Below are positions 1-10,298 of a stretch of DNA of 64,000 nt, one piece after another. A program made the translations under genes and the position numbers. The stretch is from an uncultured Lachnospiraceae bacterium. GTDB taxonomy: Bacteria; Bacillota; Clostridia; Christensenellales; UBA1242. A model generated the notes under the pieces. The model saw nothing but the letters and a program-made list of their open reading frames with translations. It was not told the origin of the DNA and ran no database searches. Position 1 is the stretch's first letter; each line of letters begins with the position of its first letter. The stretch is from NCBI GenBank assembly GCA_964646345.1, contig CAZYDU010000003.1:25310-89309 (forward strand), read 5' to 3'.

Positions 1-624
1 GTTAAAGAAATCATCTTGATATTTAAAGGGTTTAAAATCGTCTTTTATGTTAACGCTATTATATAGATAATCAGCAATACCCGCTAATTTAGGACAGCAT
101 TTAACCGCAATATCTCTACAACTTTTACTTACACAAATATATTTATCAAATCGACTAACTCTATTGATATAATCATCATTTTTAAATCTCTTATTTCTAA
201 AATCACTGTGATAAAAAACAAATTTTTTATTTGCATTTACTTTCTGCAAAACCAATTCGTTTAAAAAAGCATCATCACTATACGATATTGCAATATCACA
301 ATTATAGTTAATACTCGTTTTACCTACTAATTTTTTTATCCATTTTTCTGTTTTTGCACATTTACGTTTCAACGCATAATAGTTTCTTTTTATATACATA
401 GTTAGTTTACTTTTGCTTTCATTTTTTGAAACTCCAAAAACTAACAATTTACCATCTGCAGAGCTTACCTTTATTTTCTTATCTAATTCGTTTAATAATT
501 TTCCCGTTTTATTTAATAACACAAGCTCAACATCATAATCATTAACTATACCATTAAGTAAGTTAACTAAACTCTTTTCAATTCCACCAATATGCAAATT
601 TGAATGGAAAAAAATTAATTTCAT
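1..624 (-). CDS. GT4-family glycosyltransferase, N-terminal part (gene runs off window start)
   Basis: Absent from the ORF track (no stop in window). My hand translation of the minus strand from the ATG at 624 stays open to base 1: MKLIFFHSNLHIGGIEKSLVNLLNG...VFYHSDF... The GGIE(K) N-terminal signature is typical of GT4 enzymes. The start overlaps the stop of the upstream ORF (ATGA). Confidence 0.7.
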   Translation of the reverse strand, partial: MKLIFFHSNLHIGGIEKSLVNLLNGIVNDYDVELVLLNKTGKLLNELDKKIKVSSADGKLLVFGVSKNESKSKLTMYIKRNYYALKRKCAKTEKWIKKLVGKTSINYNCDIAISYSDDAFLNELVLQKVNANKKFVFYHSDFRNKRFKNDDYINRVSRFDKYICVSKSCRDIAVKCCPKLAGIADYLYNSVNIKDDFKPFKYQDDFFN

Positions 625-1593
625 AAAGCATCTTCTCCAATTTTAAAATTGTATTTAAAATGTTCAACTCCGCCCATAACATATTTATAAGGCTCATTTC
701 CCTGTGCCAAATCAAAGACTTCATAACCTTTGCTATTTGTTAAATATTTAATAGTTTCATTTATTAATAAATTTCCAACACTATATCTTGCGTATTTAAT
801 ATCTATACTAAGTCTTGGAATCATTATTTCATTATCGTTGTGCATACCTAAAAAATAACCAACTAATTTTTTATTAATAAATACCCCCCCACGTCAAATT
901 TGACGTATGTACAATGGATTCTACTACGGGTTCAAATTTTTTATAGAACCATTTTTTAATTGTTCCTAAATTATTCTTTTCTTTGGTCCTGTTTACATAT
1001 ATTCGTTTCATTGCGGATTTATATTTTTTTATTTCTTTCGGATTTTCTGAATACGTAAAATTAAAAACCTTACCGTCTGTATGTATTCTATTGTATGCCG
1101 TTCTTATATTTTGTCTCGAACTTTTTGATAAACTATGATAATATTCTTCATAGGAATCACATATATTGATTTTTACACATATATCAGTTTTAAATTTTTC
1201 AACACCTGCAAAAACTTCTAGCAAAATTGAATCTTGTCTACAATTATAAAAAATAATTTCGGTTAGCTTTTCTTGTATAAGAATTTCTTTTATAAATAAC
1301 TTAATCTCATCGCTATCAATCTCCCCTAATTTTATAATATCAAAATAATCAAGAAGATTTGTAGAACATAATTCATTATTCTTAGTCCTTTCTAGTAATA
1401 ATATTGCTTTTGGTTGCAATTCTTCAAATAAACAATAAATAAGTTGCTTGTTTGCTTTCAATTTTCTAAAAACTGTATTATTCCAATTTCTATAGAACTC
1501 AAATGTCATATTAGGCAATAAATTAGTATTCGATATATACTCCTTAAGTTGTTTCTTTGTAATTTTCTTAACAATATAATTTTTCATATTCAA
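621..1593 (-). pseudogene. FemAB/GNAT-like (Acetyltransf_6-type) acyltransferase split into 239-aa and 74-aa ORFs by a frameshift at a G7 tract
   Basis: ORFs 874-1593 and 621-845 are adjacent on the same strand. Deleting one G from the G7 run fuses them with no intervening stop (NLTWGVFINKKLVGYFLGMHNDNE...). The C-terminal piece carries a GNEPYKY..G motif typical of this family. The family call is from memory. Confidence 0.55.
884..890. repeat. C7/G7 homopolymer at the frameshift point of the acyltransferase gene
   Basis: Direct reading: ...aataccccccc acg... on the + strand, giving TGG GGG GGT on the coding strand. Confidence 0.95.
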
Positions 1594-1602
1594 TCCCTAT
1601 GC

Positions 1603-2484
1603 TTAAATTTTTTCTTTAATCTCTATCCCATGACATGGTCGCCTATCTTTTTGTGCAGGCAACTTCATATAATCGCCATACATTAATTTTAAGTAATCTT
1701 CATATCTATGTGATATGTAAAATTTTCTACTCTCAAAAGGAACTTCTATGAGCTCATCAAAAAAATCAGAATTATATAACTCAAAATCATAATACCTTGC
1801 ACCAAAAGGGCAAACAATATATTTTCCTTTTTTCTCAACATGAGCTAATTTATCACATTTTTTAACTAAATAATTTAATCCCAACAAATTGCAGAAAAAA
1901 CCAAGAAATCTTTTTTTTGAATATTCCTTTTTTAACGTTTTTGATTCTTTTACTTTTTCCAACAAAAGTTTTGATGGATATTTATAGGAAATCGCACAAC
2001 GCTTCATTCTTCTATATAAATTAAATTTCTTTCCGCGTTTTTTTCTTTCTTTTTCATCATCTGAACAATATTCTGCAGGAAAAATATCAATAAAAATATT
2101 ATCAGCAAGTCCAGTATCAACATTGTTAATTTGAAGAAATTTTGTACCCTTTTTACAGAATTTCACAAATAAAGTTGGAGCTGTCCTTTCTCTAATATCT
2201 GCTATAAAGTAATTGTCATTGTATTTTTCTTTTACAATTTGAATAAATTTATGATAATCATCATAAGGCATCATTACATCAACATCATCGTCCCAAGGAA
2301 TAAATCCCTTATGCCTTATCGCCCCCAGCATTGTACCACCACACAAGGAATACTTTATATTATTTTCTCGACAAATTTTATCAAGATCCACCATCATCTC
2401 TAACAAAACTTTGTGTAGTATTTTTAAATCTTCTTCTGATATCACATATTCAGAAAACACTCTATCAAATTCTTTCTTATCCAT
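1603..2484 (-). CDS. licD: LicD-family phosphotransferase (phosphocholine/phospho-alditol transfer to glycans)
   Basis: 293 aa with the LicD hallmark CGGTMLGAIRHKGFIPWDDDVDVMMP. Confidence 0.8.
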   Translation of the reverse strand: MDKKEFDRVFSEYVISEEDLKILHKVLLEMMVDLDKICRENNIKYSLCGGTMLGAIRHKGFIPWDDDVDVMMPYDDYHKFIQIVKEKYNDNYFIADIRERTAPTLFVKFCKKGTKFLQINNVDTGLADNIFIDIFPAEYCSDDEKERKKRGKKFNLYRRMKRCAISYKYPSKLLLEKVKESKTLKKEYSKKRFLGFFCNLLGLNYLVKKCDKLAHVEKKGKYIVCPFGARYYDFELYNSDFFDELIEVPFESRKFYISHRYEDYLKLMYGDYMKLPAQKDRRPCHGIEIKEKI

Positions 2485-2539
2485 TATTATCTCCTAAAAT
2501 TTTGTTGATTTTTTTTGAAGTAAAGTTCATAATAGTTTT

Positions 2540-3241
2540 ATGAAAATTAAAATATTTATTAAAAAATGTAAAGTCAAATTTAATTATTTTTTATCAAAAA
2601 GTCATATCATTCACTTTTTTAATAAGGCTTTTTCCACAACAAAATCACATTTAACAAATAGTGATTTAGATACACTCAACAATCTTAAATCCAAAGACTT
2701 AATTATTGTCGCCCACCCTGATGATGAAACAATTTTTTGTGGATCTCATTTGCTTAATAATAACTGTTTTGTTGTTTGTCTTACAAACAAAGACAATAAA
2801 ATCAGAAATGAAGATTTTTCAAATGTTATGAAATTAACAAACTCTGAATACTTAATGTTGGATTATCCTGATTTAACAAATGATATGGTTGATAACTGGA
2901 ACAAATATGAAAAATCAATTCTTTTTGACATTATTAGGATAATTACTATTAAGAATTGGAATAAAATTATTACCCACAATCCATATGGCGAATATGGACA
3001 CATTCACCATAAAAAAACTTCAAAACTTGTTAAAAACTCTTGTAAACAGACAAATAAATTAAGTCATTTATTTTACTTTACATATGATTACACAAAACCC
3101 ATTTCTAATTTTAATAAAAAAGAAAACCTGTTGAATATTTACAAAACACATCAGCCAAATGCTATAAATTTCTTATTTAACACTTCAAAACACGAAACTT
3201 TATGCTTTTATAAAAATTATAAAAAAATCAAAATTAATTAG
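2540..3241 (+). CDS. PIG-L/LmbE-family N-acetylglucosaminyl deacetylase
   Basis: AHPDDE motif (IIVAHPDDETIF) and a downstream H-x-x-H-type motif (GEYGHIHH). Confidence 0.75.
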   Translation: MKIKIFIKKCKVKFNYFLSKSHIIHFFNKAFSTTKSHLTNSDLDTLNNLKSKDLIIVAHPDDETIFCGSHLLNNNCFVVCLTNKDNKIRNEDFSNVMKLTNSEYLMLDYPDLTNDMVDNWNKYEKSILFDIIRIITIKNWNKIITHNPYGEYGHIHHKKTSKLVKNSCKQTNKLSHLFYFTYDYTKPISNFNKKENLLNIYKTHQPNAINFLFNTSKHETLCFYKNYKKIKIN

Positions 3242-5552
3242 AAAATCTTGATTTTCTTTTTTTATGACAAATTTTCGCTGGAAGATATAAAAGTGAAATC
3301 AAAAATTTATTCTGCATGTGATTTTCTTTCATTTCCTTTAAACTCATTCCTGCCTCAATAGAATAAACAATATAAGCGCTTGTATATTTCACTCGCAACT
3401 TAAGGCGAAAATCATTTGTGCTTAGTTGTTTGTAACACGCAACCGAACCTTTTGGATTTTTAAAAAGTCGTTTGTGAACTCCATCTGAAAGGCCTCCTTC
3501 TTGATACTCACAAATATAAATTCCTTTATTAAAGAACATCATTTTATATTTACCAGACATCGCACACCAAACGGTTGCTTCACTTACAAACTTTTCATTT
3601 TCAAATTCAGGAAAAGGGAATTGCTTTAAAATTTCTGTTTTAAATACCTCCGCCTTATCTCCATAAGTGTTTTTATTGTATCTTTGATTGATAAATGTAT
3701 CAACAATCCCATCTTGTGTATATTGTTTACCAACACACTCACCATTAGTTGTTAATTTTAAATAGCCTAAACCACAAATATCTTGGTTATTATCCACTTT
3801 TACTGTATCAGCAAAAATTGTTTCAACCGCATCGTTTGTTAAATAGTCATCACTATCCAAAATAATTACATAATCTTCTTTTACTTCTTTTAACCCAGTG
3901 TTTAATGCGGTGTGTTTTCCACCATTTTCTTTTTTTATATAAACAATTTTAAAATCTTTTTTATTTTTGTTTTGTTTTATAAAATCTTCAACAACTTGCT
4001 CCGTTTTGTCCGTTGAGCCGTCATCAACAATATACCATACAAAATTTTTATTACTTTGTTCTATTAGTGATTTATAAGTCCTTTTTAATAGTTCTGCTCT
4101 GTTAAATGCCGGCGTCAAAATTGCTAATTTAAAATTAAGTTTTTTAACTTCCCCCATGACAAATTCACTCTCCTTCTTTAAATTTTTAGACCCCACAATA
4201 GCATCATCTTTCTTTATTATATTACAAAATCCTAATATCAAATATAAACTTAACATACACGAATAAAAGCCCAAGTAATTAACAAATGCAAATACAGGGA
4301 TTATTGATAACAAACAACGAACATCTATTTTTTTTATAAGATTTTTTCTAATTAAACATAAATAACTACAAACATAAAGCAATGTACCAATAACTCCAAA
4401 ATAGTAAACAAATAAAATAATGGTGTTATGTGGTGCTTCATCTTTTACATAAGGAGCATCTACGCCTAATCCAAAAAATATATTTTTAAATTTTTCACCA
4501 ACAACCGAAAGATATGATTTCCAAATATCCCATCTTCCCGTTGTAAAATCAGATAAGCCAGCTCCCAAATTTGATGGTTTATCTATCGAATTTCCTGGCA
4601 CTTTATCTACAGAAGTTGACAATCTTCCCATTATTGTTAAAAACTGTTTTTTAAATATCAACAAAATAAGTGCAATACTAACAAACAACATAACTAAATC
4701 TATTGATTTAATTTTTAGTGATTTTTTATCAAAAGCTAAAAAGATAATAAATATAATTGTAATTAAAGCAAAAATTATCAAAGAAAATTTTGAAATAGTT
4801 AATAAACACATTGCTAATAAAAATGGGTAAATCACAAAAAAAGAATATCCTATTTCTTTTTTTAAATATAAAATCATAAACAATGCTAAGACAATTAATA
4901 TTTCCCCAGCAAAAACATTAACATTAACATAACTTGCTCCAAATCTATTAATTCCCCCAGCCTGAAAAATTGGACATAAATCTAATAATCGTGGAGAAAT
5001 ATTAATAAATAAGCCTATTAAAATTGAGAAAATCATACCAAGAAAATATATAAAAGTTATTTCCTTAAAATCTATATCTTTCACGTAACCAATCAACAAA
5101 TAAACCAGTACGAAACCCGATAAAAAACTAAGACTAGTTGTTATTTTTGTAATTGTAAAAGGAAAGATAAAGTATAGTATTGTGATAACACTTAAGACTG
5201 TAAAAACCCAATTTATTTTTTTCCTCTTATGAGTAATATCTAATAAGTACTTAATAAAGAAAATAATATCAAATTCCACTATTAATATTGCGATTAAATG
5301 TGTACTATCCTTGTCTTTTAAAAAAATATTCATCAATGGAATTAAAAATAGGATATAATATACACATCTTGCATTCTTTTGGATAAGAATTAGAAATACC
5401 GCCAATCCCAGTGCAACATATACAAATTCTTTAACAAAAATACTTATAAACAAAATCACACCAAGTACCACACAACTTAGAGCAATAGATAAAAAATCCT
5501 TATTTTCAGTTTTTAATGTCTTTCGTTCTGCAATTAAAACATTCTGAAACAT
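3234..5552 (-). CDS. Fusion protein: N-terminal O-antigen polymerase/ligase-like (Wzy_C-type) multi-pass membrane domain plus C-terminal GT2 glycosyltransferase
   Basis: About 470 aa of TM helices including the loop GAGLSDFTTGRWDIWKSY. Then GT2 motifs LAILTPAFNRAELL...WYIVDDGSTDKT...ILDSDDYL. I prefer the start at MFQNV (5552): a GAAGGAG RBS sits 9 nt upstream, inside the end of the preceding gene. The ORF-track start is 5576. Confidence 0.7.
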   Translation of the reverse strand: MFQNVLIAERKTLKTENKDFLSIALSCVVLGVILFISIFVKEFVYVALGLAVFLILIQKNARCVYYILFLIPLMNIFLKDKDSTHLIAILIVEFDIIFFIKYLLDITHKRKKINWVFTVLSVITILYFIFPFTITKITTSLSFLSGFVLVYLLIGYVKDIDFKEITFIYFLGMIFSILIGLFINISPRLLDLCPIFQAGGINRFGASYVNVNVFAGEILIVLALFMILYLKKEIGYSFFVIYPFLLAMCLLTISKFSLIIFALITIIFIIFLAFDKKSLKIKSIDLVMLFVSIALILLIFKKQFLTIMGRLSTSVDKVPGNSIDKPSNLGAGLSDFTTGRWDIWKSYLSVVGEKFKNIFFGLGVDAPYVKDEAPHNTIILFVYYFGVIGTLLYVCSYLCLIRKNLIKKIDVRCLLSIIPVFAFVNYLGFYSCMLSLYLILGFCNIIKKDDAIVGSKNLKKESEFVMGEVKKLNFKLAILTPAFNRAELLKRTYKSLIEQSNKNFVWYIVDDGSTDKTEQVVEDFIKQNKNKKDFKIVYIKKENGGKHTALNTGLKEVKEDYVIILDSDDYLTNDAVETIFADTVKVDNNQDICGLGYLKLTTNGECVGKQYTQDGIVDTFINQRYNKNTYGDKAEVFKTEILKQFPFPEFENEKFVSEATVWCAMSGKYKMMFFNKGIYICEYQEGGLSDGVHKRLFKNPKGSVACYKQLSTNDFRLKLRVKYTSAYIVYSIEAGMSLKEMKENHMQNKFLISLLYLPAKICHKKRKSRFSN

Positions 5553-5556
5553 TAAT

Positions 5557-6603
5557 TTATTCTCCTTCAATATCATAGTTTTGTCTAAGAATTTCTTTGT
5601 ATTTCTCTATATTGTTATATTCTTTTGAAAATTGCTCGGTTGATTTTTGTAATTTATTATACTTTTCTTCATTATTTAAAAGTTTATGAATTATTTTCAC
5701 GCATTCTTCATCTGATTTATATAAAAATCCACTAACACCTTCAACAACCGTTGTTTTTAATTCGCTTATTTCTGGAGCAATTATTGGAAGTCCAAGTGTT
5801 TCCGCCTCTAATATACACATCGGATTACCCTCAAATCTTGACGACATTAAAAATAATTTGCTATTTTTCAAAAGTCCAAAAGCATTGGTTTGAAAACCAT
5901 AGAATTTAATATTATTCTCTAGTTTCAATTCTTTTGCCAGTCTTTCACAATCTTCTTTCAAATCTCCATCACCAACAATTCCAACTTTTAAATTGGGTCT
6001 ATCATTGACTATCTTAGAAATTATTTGAATTAATCTCTGCGGATTTTTTTGATAGCTTATTCTTCCCAAAAATACAATATCACTCTTTTCTTTAAGCTCA
6101 GCATGTTTAGCCTTTGTTATAATTTCATCTTGATTTATTATATTGTCCAAAACAAGACTTTTGGATTTAACATTTTTATTAAAACAGTAATCATTGAAAC
6201 AAGAATTTGACACCCAAAAAATCCTGCTAATCTTTTTCATTTTTGTAATAAAGTTAAATATGAGAGAATTGATTGAGATTCTTTTAAAATCAGGACGATT
6301 ATTGTGAACATGTGCAATAATTTTAAAATTACCCTTAATTCTACCAATAGTGCAAATTGCTCTTGGGTCATGAGCATGGACAATATCCGGTTTAAATTCT
6401 TTTATCGCTCTTTTTACTTCACTTTTTGACATTTTATTTAATGGAATAAATTTAATGTCTCGTTCTTTTAAAGCATCTGCAATTTGTCCATTCGGAGAGC
6501 AATATACAACATCTTGTTCCTCTTTAAAAAGTGAAATTATTTGACATGCAACATTTTCCGCTCCAGAATATCTGTTTGAAGTTAATAAATGTAAAACTCT
6601 CAT
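5557..6603 (-). CDS. GT4-family glycosyltransferase
   Basis: MRVLHLLTSNRYSGAENV N-terminus and C-terminal ...SSRFEGNPMCILEAETLGLPIIA (E-x7-E region). Confidence 0.8.
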   Translation of the reverse strand: MRVLHLLTSNRYSGAENVACQIISLFKEEQDVVYCSPNGQIADALKERDIKFIPLNKMSKSEVKRAIKEFKPDIVHAHDPRAICTIGRIKGNFKIIAHVHNNRPDFKRISINSLIFNFITKMKKISRIFWVSNSCFNDYCFNKNVKSKSLVLDNIINQDEIITKAKHAELKEKSDIVFLGRISYQKNPQRLIQIISKIVNDRPNLKVGIVGDGDLKEDCERLAKELKLENNIKFYGFQTNAFGLLKNSKLFLMSSRFEGNPMCILEAETLGLPIIAPEISELKTTVVEGVSGFLYKSDEECVKIIHKLLNNEEKYNKLQKSTEQFSKEYNNIEKYKEILRQNYDIEGE

Positions 6604-6606
6604 CTT

Positions 6607-7719
6607 TTACTCCTTTGTAATAATGTCATAAATTGTAGAATTAATTTTCTTTTCTGCAAATTTATCTTCGGCAAACCTTCTGGAATTTTTACCGAGAGTT
6701 ACTGCCAAGTCTTTATTTTCTAAAATTTCAATGCATTTTTTTGCCATTGAGTTGATATCATTATGATTTATTCTATAACCGTTATAGTTATCTTCAACGG
6801 TTTCCCTACAGCCTATACCGTTACTTGTGATTACACATCTACCGATAGATTCCGCCTCCATAATTGTCATGGGCAACCCCTCTCGATAATAAGAAGGTAA
6901 TATTAATGCAAGTGAATCTTCAATATAAGGTCTAACATCTTTTGTTATTCCTAAGTAATTTACAGAACCATCATTAATATATTCCTGAATATCCGAAACC
7001 TTAACTGATCCTTCACTTCCAAGATACATAAATTCTGCTTCAGGGTGCGATTGTTTAACAAGCCTTGCACACTTACAATATTCAAAAACTCCCTTTGTGT
7101 GTTGCATTCTTGCAATCATTATAAATTTATTCGATTGTTTATTAACTGCTTTAAATGCAAATTTATCAAGGTCAACACCAATACCATTAACAACCACTGA
7201 TTGTTCAGGCTTTATAAGTTTTAATTCTTCAAATTCTAACTTATCGTCATTATTTAAAAAGAAAACTTTTTTTATGCCTTTAAATGCTTGTTTATATAAC
7301 TTTGTTTCGACAAATTTTATGATTTTCCACTTTAAAGATTTATTAATGAACGCATCACCTGCACCTTCAACCATTGCGAAAATATTTTTTACACCCGCCT
7401 TTTTAGCAGCCTTTACGCCAAAAATGTTTGGTTTTAGTTGGAATGTGAAAACAATGTCTGGATTAATATGCTTAATAATTTTATAATACTTATTTTTTAA
7501 AGTTAAAATTTTTAAAGGATTTAAACTTCTATTTTTATCATTAATATAATAAAGTTTAATTCCTTCATTTTTCAAATCTTCTTCATAATTATTATCAAAA
7601 GTTATCGTTGAGACTTCATAGTCTTCTTCTTGAAACTTTTTTATAAGAGGCAAACGGAATGTGAAAATATTTTGTGAAGTATTACAAATCATTAAAATCT
7701 TTTTTTTTGATTTTTCCAT
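6607..7719 (-). CDS. GT4-family glycosyltransferase
   Basis: C-terminal PSYYREGLPMTIMEAESIGRCVITS motif. The start overlaps the tex stop (TAATG). Confidence 0.8.
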   Translation of the reverse strand: MEKSKKKILMICNTSQNIFTFRLPLIKKFQEEDYEVSTITFDNNYEEDLKNEGIKLYYINDKNRSLNPLKILTLKNKYYKIIKHINPDIVFTFQLKPNIFGVKAAKKAGVKNIFAMVEGAGDAFINKSLKWKIIKFVETKLYKQAFKGIKKVFFLNNDDKLEFEELKLIKPEQSVVVNGIGVDLDKFAFKAVNKQSNKFIMIARMQHTKGVFEYCKCARLVKQSHPEAEFMYLGSEGSVKVSDIQEYINDGSVNYLGITKDVRPYIEDSLALILPSYYREGLPMTIMEAESIGRCVITSNGIGCRETVEDNYNGYRINHNDINSMAKKCIEILENKDLAVTLGKNSRRFAEDKFAEKKINSTIYDIITKE

Positions 7720-9956
7720 TAATTTTCCTCCGAGGCTTTTTTGATTGAAAGACCGATGCGTTTTTTGTTAAGGTCAAGAGAGATGACTTTGACGGTTACG
7801 ATTTGTCCGACAGTGAGTTCTTCACTTGGGTGTTTAATGAAGCGGTCGCAGATTTCAGAAATGTGAACTAGACCGTCTTGATGAACACCGATATCAACAA
7901 ATGCACCAAAGTCGATAACATTTCTAACAGTTCCTTTCAAAATCATACCTTCTTTAAGGTCTTCCATTGATAAAACATCAGAGCGAAGTTCAAGATGTTC
8001 TGCTTCTTCACGAATATCTCTACCTGGTTTTACAAGTTCGGAAACAATGTCTTGCATGGTTGGAACGCCGATACCGATTTCTTCCGCAATTTTGGTTTCG
8101 CCTTTTTCGTTAACAAGTTCTGGAAGTTTTGATACATTGCCGTTTTTTACATCTTCTTCAGTCATTTTGAAAATCTTTAATAATTTTCTTGCACTACCAT
8201 AACTTTCAGGGTGAACTGAAGTGTTATCCAAAATATCTTCGCCACCAACAATTCTTAAAAAGCCGGCACATTGTTCAAAAGCCTTTGCACCGAGTTTTGG
8301 AACTTGTTTAATATCTTCACGTGTTTTGAAAGCACCGTTCTTTTCACGATATGCAACAATATTTTTAGCGATACCTTCATTTAGACCAGCGACACGTTTG
8401 AGTAAGCTTGGACTAGCAGTATTAACATCTGCGCCAACTGCGTTTACGCAATCTTCAACAACGCCATCTAAAACTTCGGTAAGTCTTTTTTGTGGCATAT
8501 CATGTTGATATTGACCAACGCCAATAGATTTAACATCAATTTTGATTAGTTCTGCAAGTGGGTCTTGTAATCTCCTTGCAATAGAAACAGCTGAACGCAA
8601 GTTTACATTATAGTCTGGGAATTCCTCTGCACCGAGTTTGCTTGCAGAGTAAACCGAAGCTCCAGCTTCCGAAACAACGGCATAATTTACTTTTCTAGAC
8701 AAAGTTTTAATTAAATCAGCACAGAAGATTTCACTTTCTTTGCTAGCAGTTCCGTTGCCGATTGAAATAACGTCAACTTTATGCTTTGAAATAAGCTCAG
8801 TCATTTTACGTTTACTTTCATCAATTTTTGAAAATGGTGGAGTTGGATAAATAACATCTGTTGCTAATACTGTGCCATTTTCGTCAATAACAGCGAGTTT
8901 ACAGCCCATTCTATAACCTGGGTCAAAACCCAAAATTCTCTTTCCTTTTAGTGGAGCTTCCATTAAAAGTGGTTTTAAGTTAAGCTCAAAGTTATGAATA
9001 GCTTGTTCATTTGCTTTGTCGGTTAAATCATTTCTAATTTCTCTTTCCAAGCTTGGTTCAATCAAACGGTCAAAAGCATCTTCTTGAGTTTCTTTCAAAA
9101 GCTCTGCAAAAATTGTGTCTTTAATTTCATAATTATTTTCAATAATTTCCAAGCATTTTTCTTTGTTAAATTCAATATTAACTTTCAAGAAACCTTCGTT
9201 TTCGCCACGATTGATTGCCAAAGTTCTATGAGCTGGGATTTTGCAAACTTCTTGTTTAAATCCATCATAAACCGCATAAGTATCTGCAGATGTTGTTTTT
9301 TCGCTACCTTCTTTGTCTGCATATTTATCTGAATTGTCAATAACCTTTTCTTTTGCCTTTTTAGGTTTTTCTTTTTTGATTTCAGAACAAATACTTGCAC
9401 TCTTTTGCAAAAATTCACGAAGTTCTTTTCTTAGGTCACTATCATCGCTAAATCTTTCAGCCAAAATATCTTTAGCTCCTTGAATAGCTTCTTCGGTCGT
9501 TTTAACACCTTTTTCTTCATCAACAAAAGGCTGAGCAAGTTCTTCGACTGTCTTGCCGTTCTCTTTTTGTGCAATGAAAATATCCGCAAGTGGTTCTAGA
9601 CCCTTTGCAATGGCTTCAGTTGCTCTTGTTTTTCTCTTTGGTTTGAATGGTCTGTATATATCTTCAAGTTCCGTGAGAGTTTTTGCTTCGTCAAGTTTTT
9701 TAGCAATCTCATCGGTAAGCTTGCCCTGTTCGTCAATAGTTTTAACGATAGTCTTTTTTCTGTCTTCAAAATTTCTTAAATATGTAAGGCGGTCTGAAAA
9801 CGAACGAATAACCTGGTCATCAAGACTTCCGTGCATTTCTTTTCTATACCTAGCAATAAAAGGTATAGTGCCACCTTCGTCAAGTAGAGTAATTAAATTT
9901 TTTGAGTATTCTTCTCTGATATTAAACTCTTTTGCAAGAGCTTCAAAAATTTCCAT
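7719..9956 (-). CDS. tex: Tex-like transcription accessory protein (S1 RNA-binding domain)
   Basis: 745 aa with N-terminal TIPFIARYRKE, a central YqgF/HhH region, and a C-terminal S1 domain GTVRNVIDFGAFVDIGVHQDGLVHISE. Confidence 0.9.
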   Translation of the reverse strand: MEIFEALAKEFNIREEYSKNLITLLDEGGTIPFIARYRKEMHGSLDDQVIRSFSDRLTYLRNFEDRKKTIVKTIDEQGKLTDEIAKKLDEAKTLTELEDIYRPFKPKRKTRATEAIAKGLEPLADIFIAQKENGKTVEELAQPFVDEEKGVKTTEEAIQGAKDILAERFSDDSDLRKELREFLQKSASICSEIKKEKPKKAKEKVIDNSDKYADKEGSEKTTSADTYAVYDGFKQEVCKIPAHRTLAINRGENEGFLKVNIEFNKEKCLEIIENNYEIKDTIFAELLKETQEDAFDRLIEPSLEREIRNDLTDKANEQAIHNFELNLKPLLMEAPLKGKRILGFDPGYRMGCKLAVIDENGTVLATDVIYPTPPFSKIDESKRKMTELISKHKVDVISIGNGTASKESEIFCADLIKTLSRKVNYAVVSEAGASVYSASKLGAEEFPDYNVNLRSAVSIARRLQDPLAELIKIDVKSIGVGQYQHDMPQKRLTEVLDGVVEDCVNAVGADVNTASPSLLKRVAGLNEGIAKNIVAYREKNGAFKTREDIKQVPKLGAKAFEQCAGFLRIVGGEDILDNTSVHPESYGSARKLLKIFKMTEEDVKNGNVSKLPELVNEKGETKIAEEIGIGVPTMQDIVSELVKPGRDIREEAEHLELRSDVLSMEDLKEGMILKGTVRNVIDFGAFVDIGVHQDGLVHISEICDRFIKHPSEELTVGQIVTVKVISLDLNKKRIGLSIKKASEEN

Positions 9957-10298
9957 AAATAACTTCCTAGTACTAAAATTTGTGGATAATCCACCAAAAT
10001 TATTATAACAAACGATGTGGGATTTTTCAACTAATTAGATTTAATTTATAATTATATTTATTATACCTAATACAAAATCGTTTTTAATAATACTATCTTG
10101 ATGTCTCAAAACCGCAAAATTTTTCTACTTTTGTAAAAAAAATAATTATTAAGACTAAAATTTACATTTTTAATTTATTTTAAGAAAATCCATCACTTGT
10201 GTTACTATGAATATACAATCAAAATTAGTTGCCTAAAAATTCAATAATGTTTACAATATAAGCATATAAATTAATGTAACAAAACTTAAGGAGCTTTT

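Noticed and set aside
9981-9989. Perfect DnaA box (TGTGGATAA, the reverse complement of TTATCCACA) in the 340-bp divergent intergenic region between tex and the nucleotidyltransferase
   Set aside because: I found only a single perfect box, with no cluster and no adjacent dnaA/dnaN. One 9-mer in AT-rich DNA is not enough to call an origin or a DnaA-regulated promoter.
7097-10008. Multiple 60-150-aa ORFs antisense to the GT4 and tex genes, with similar antisense ORFs inside glgP, glgB, leuS, ftsH, gltX and others
   Set aside because: Each lies entirely within a long ORF that carries strong family motifs on the opposite strand. Their compositions are typical of antisense frames and they have no start signals.
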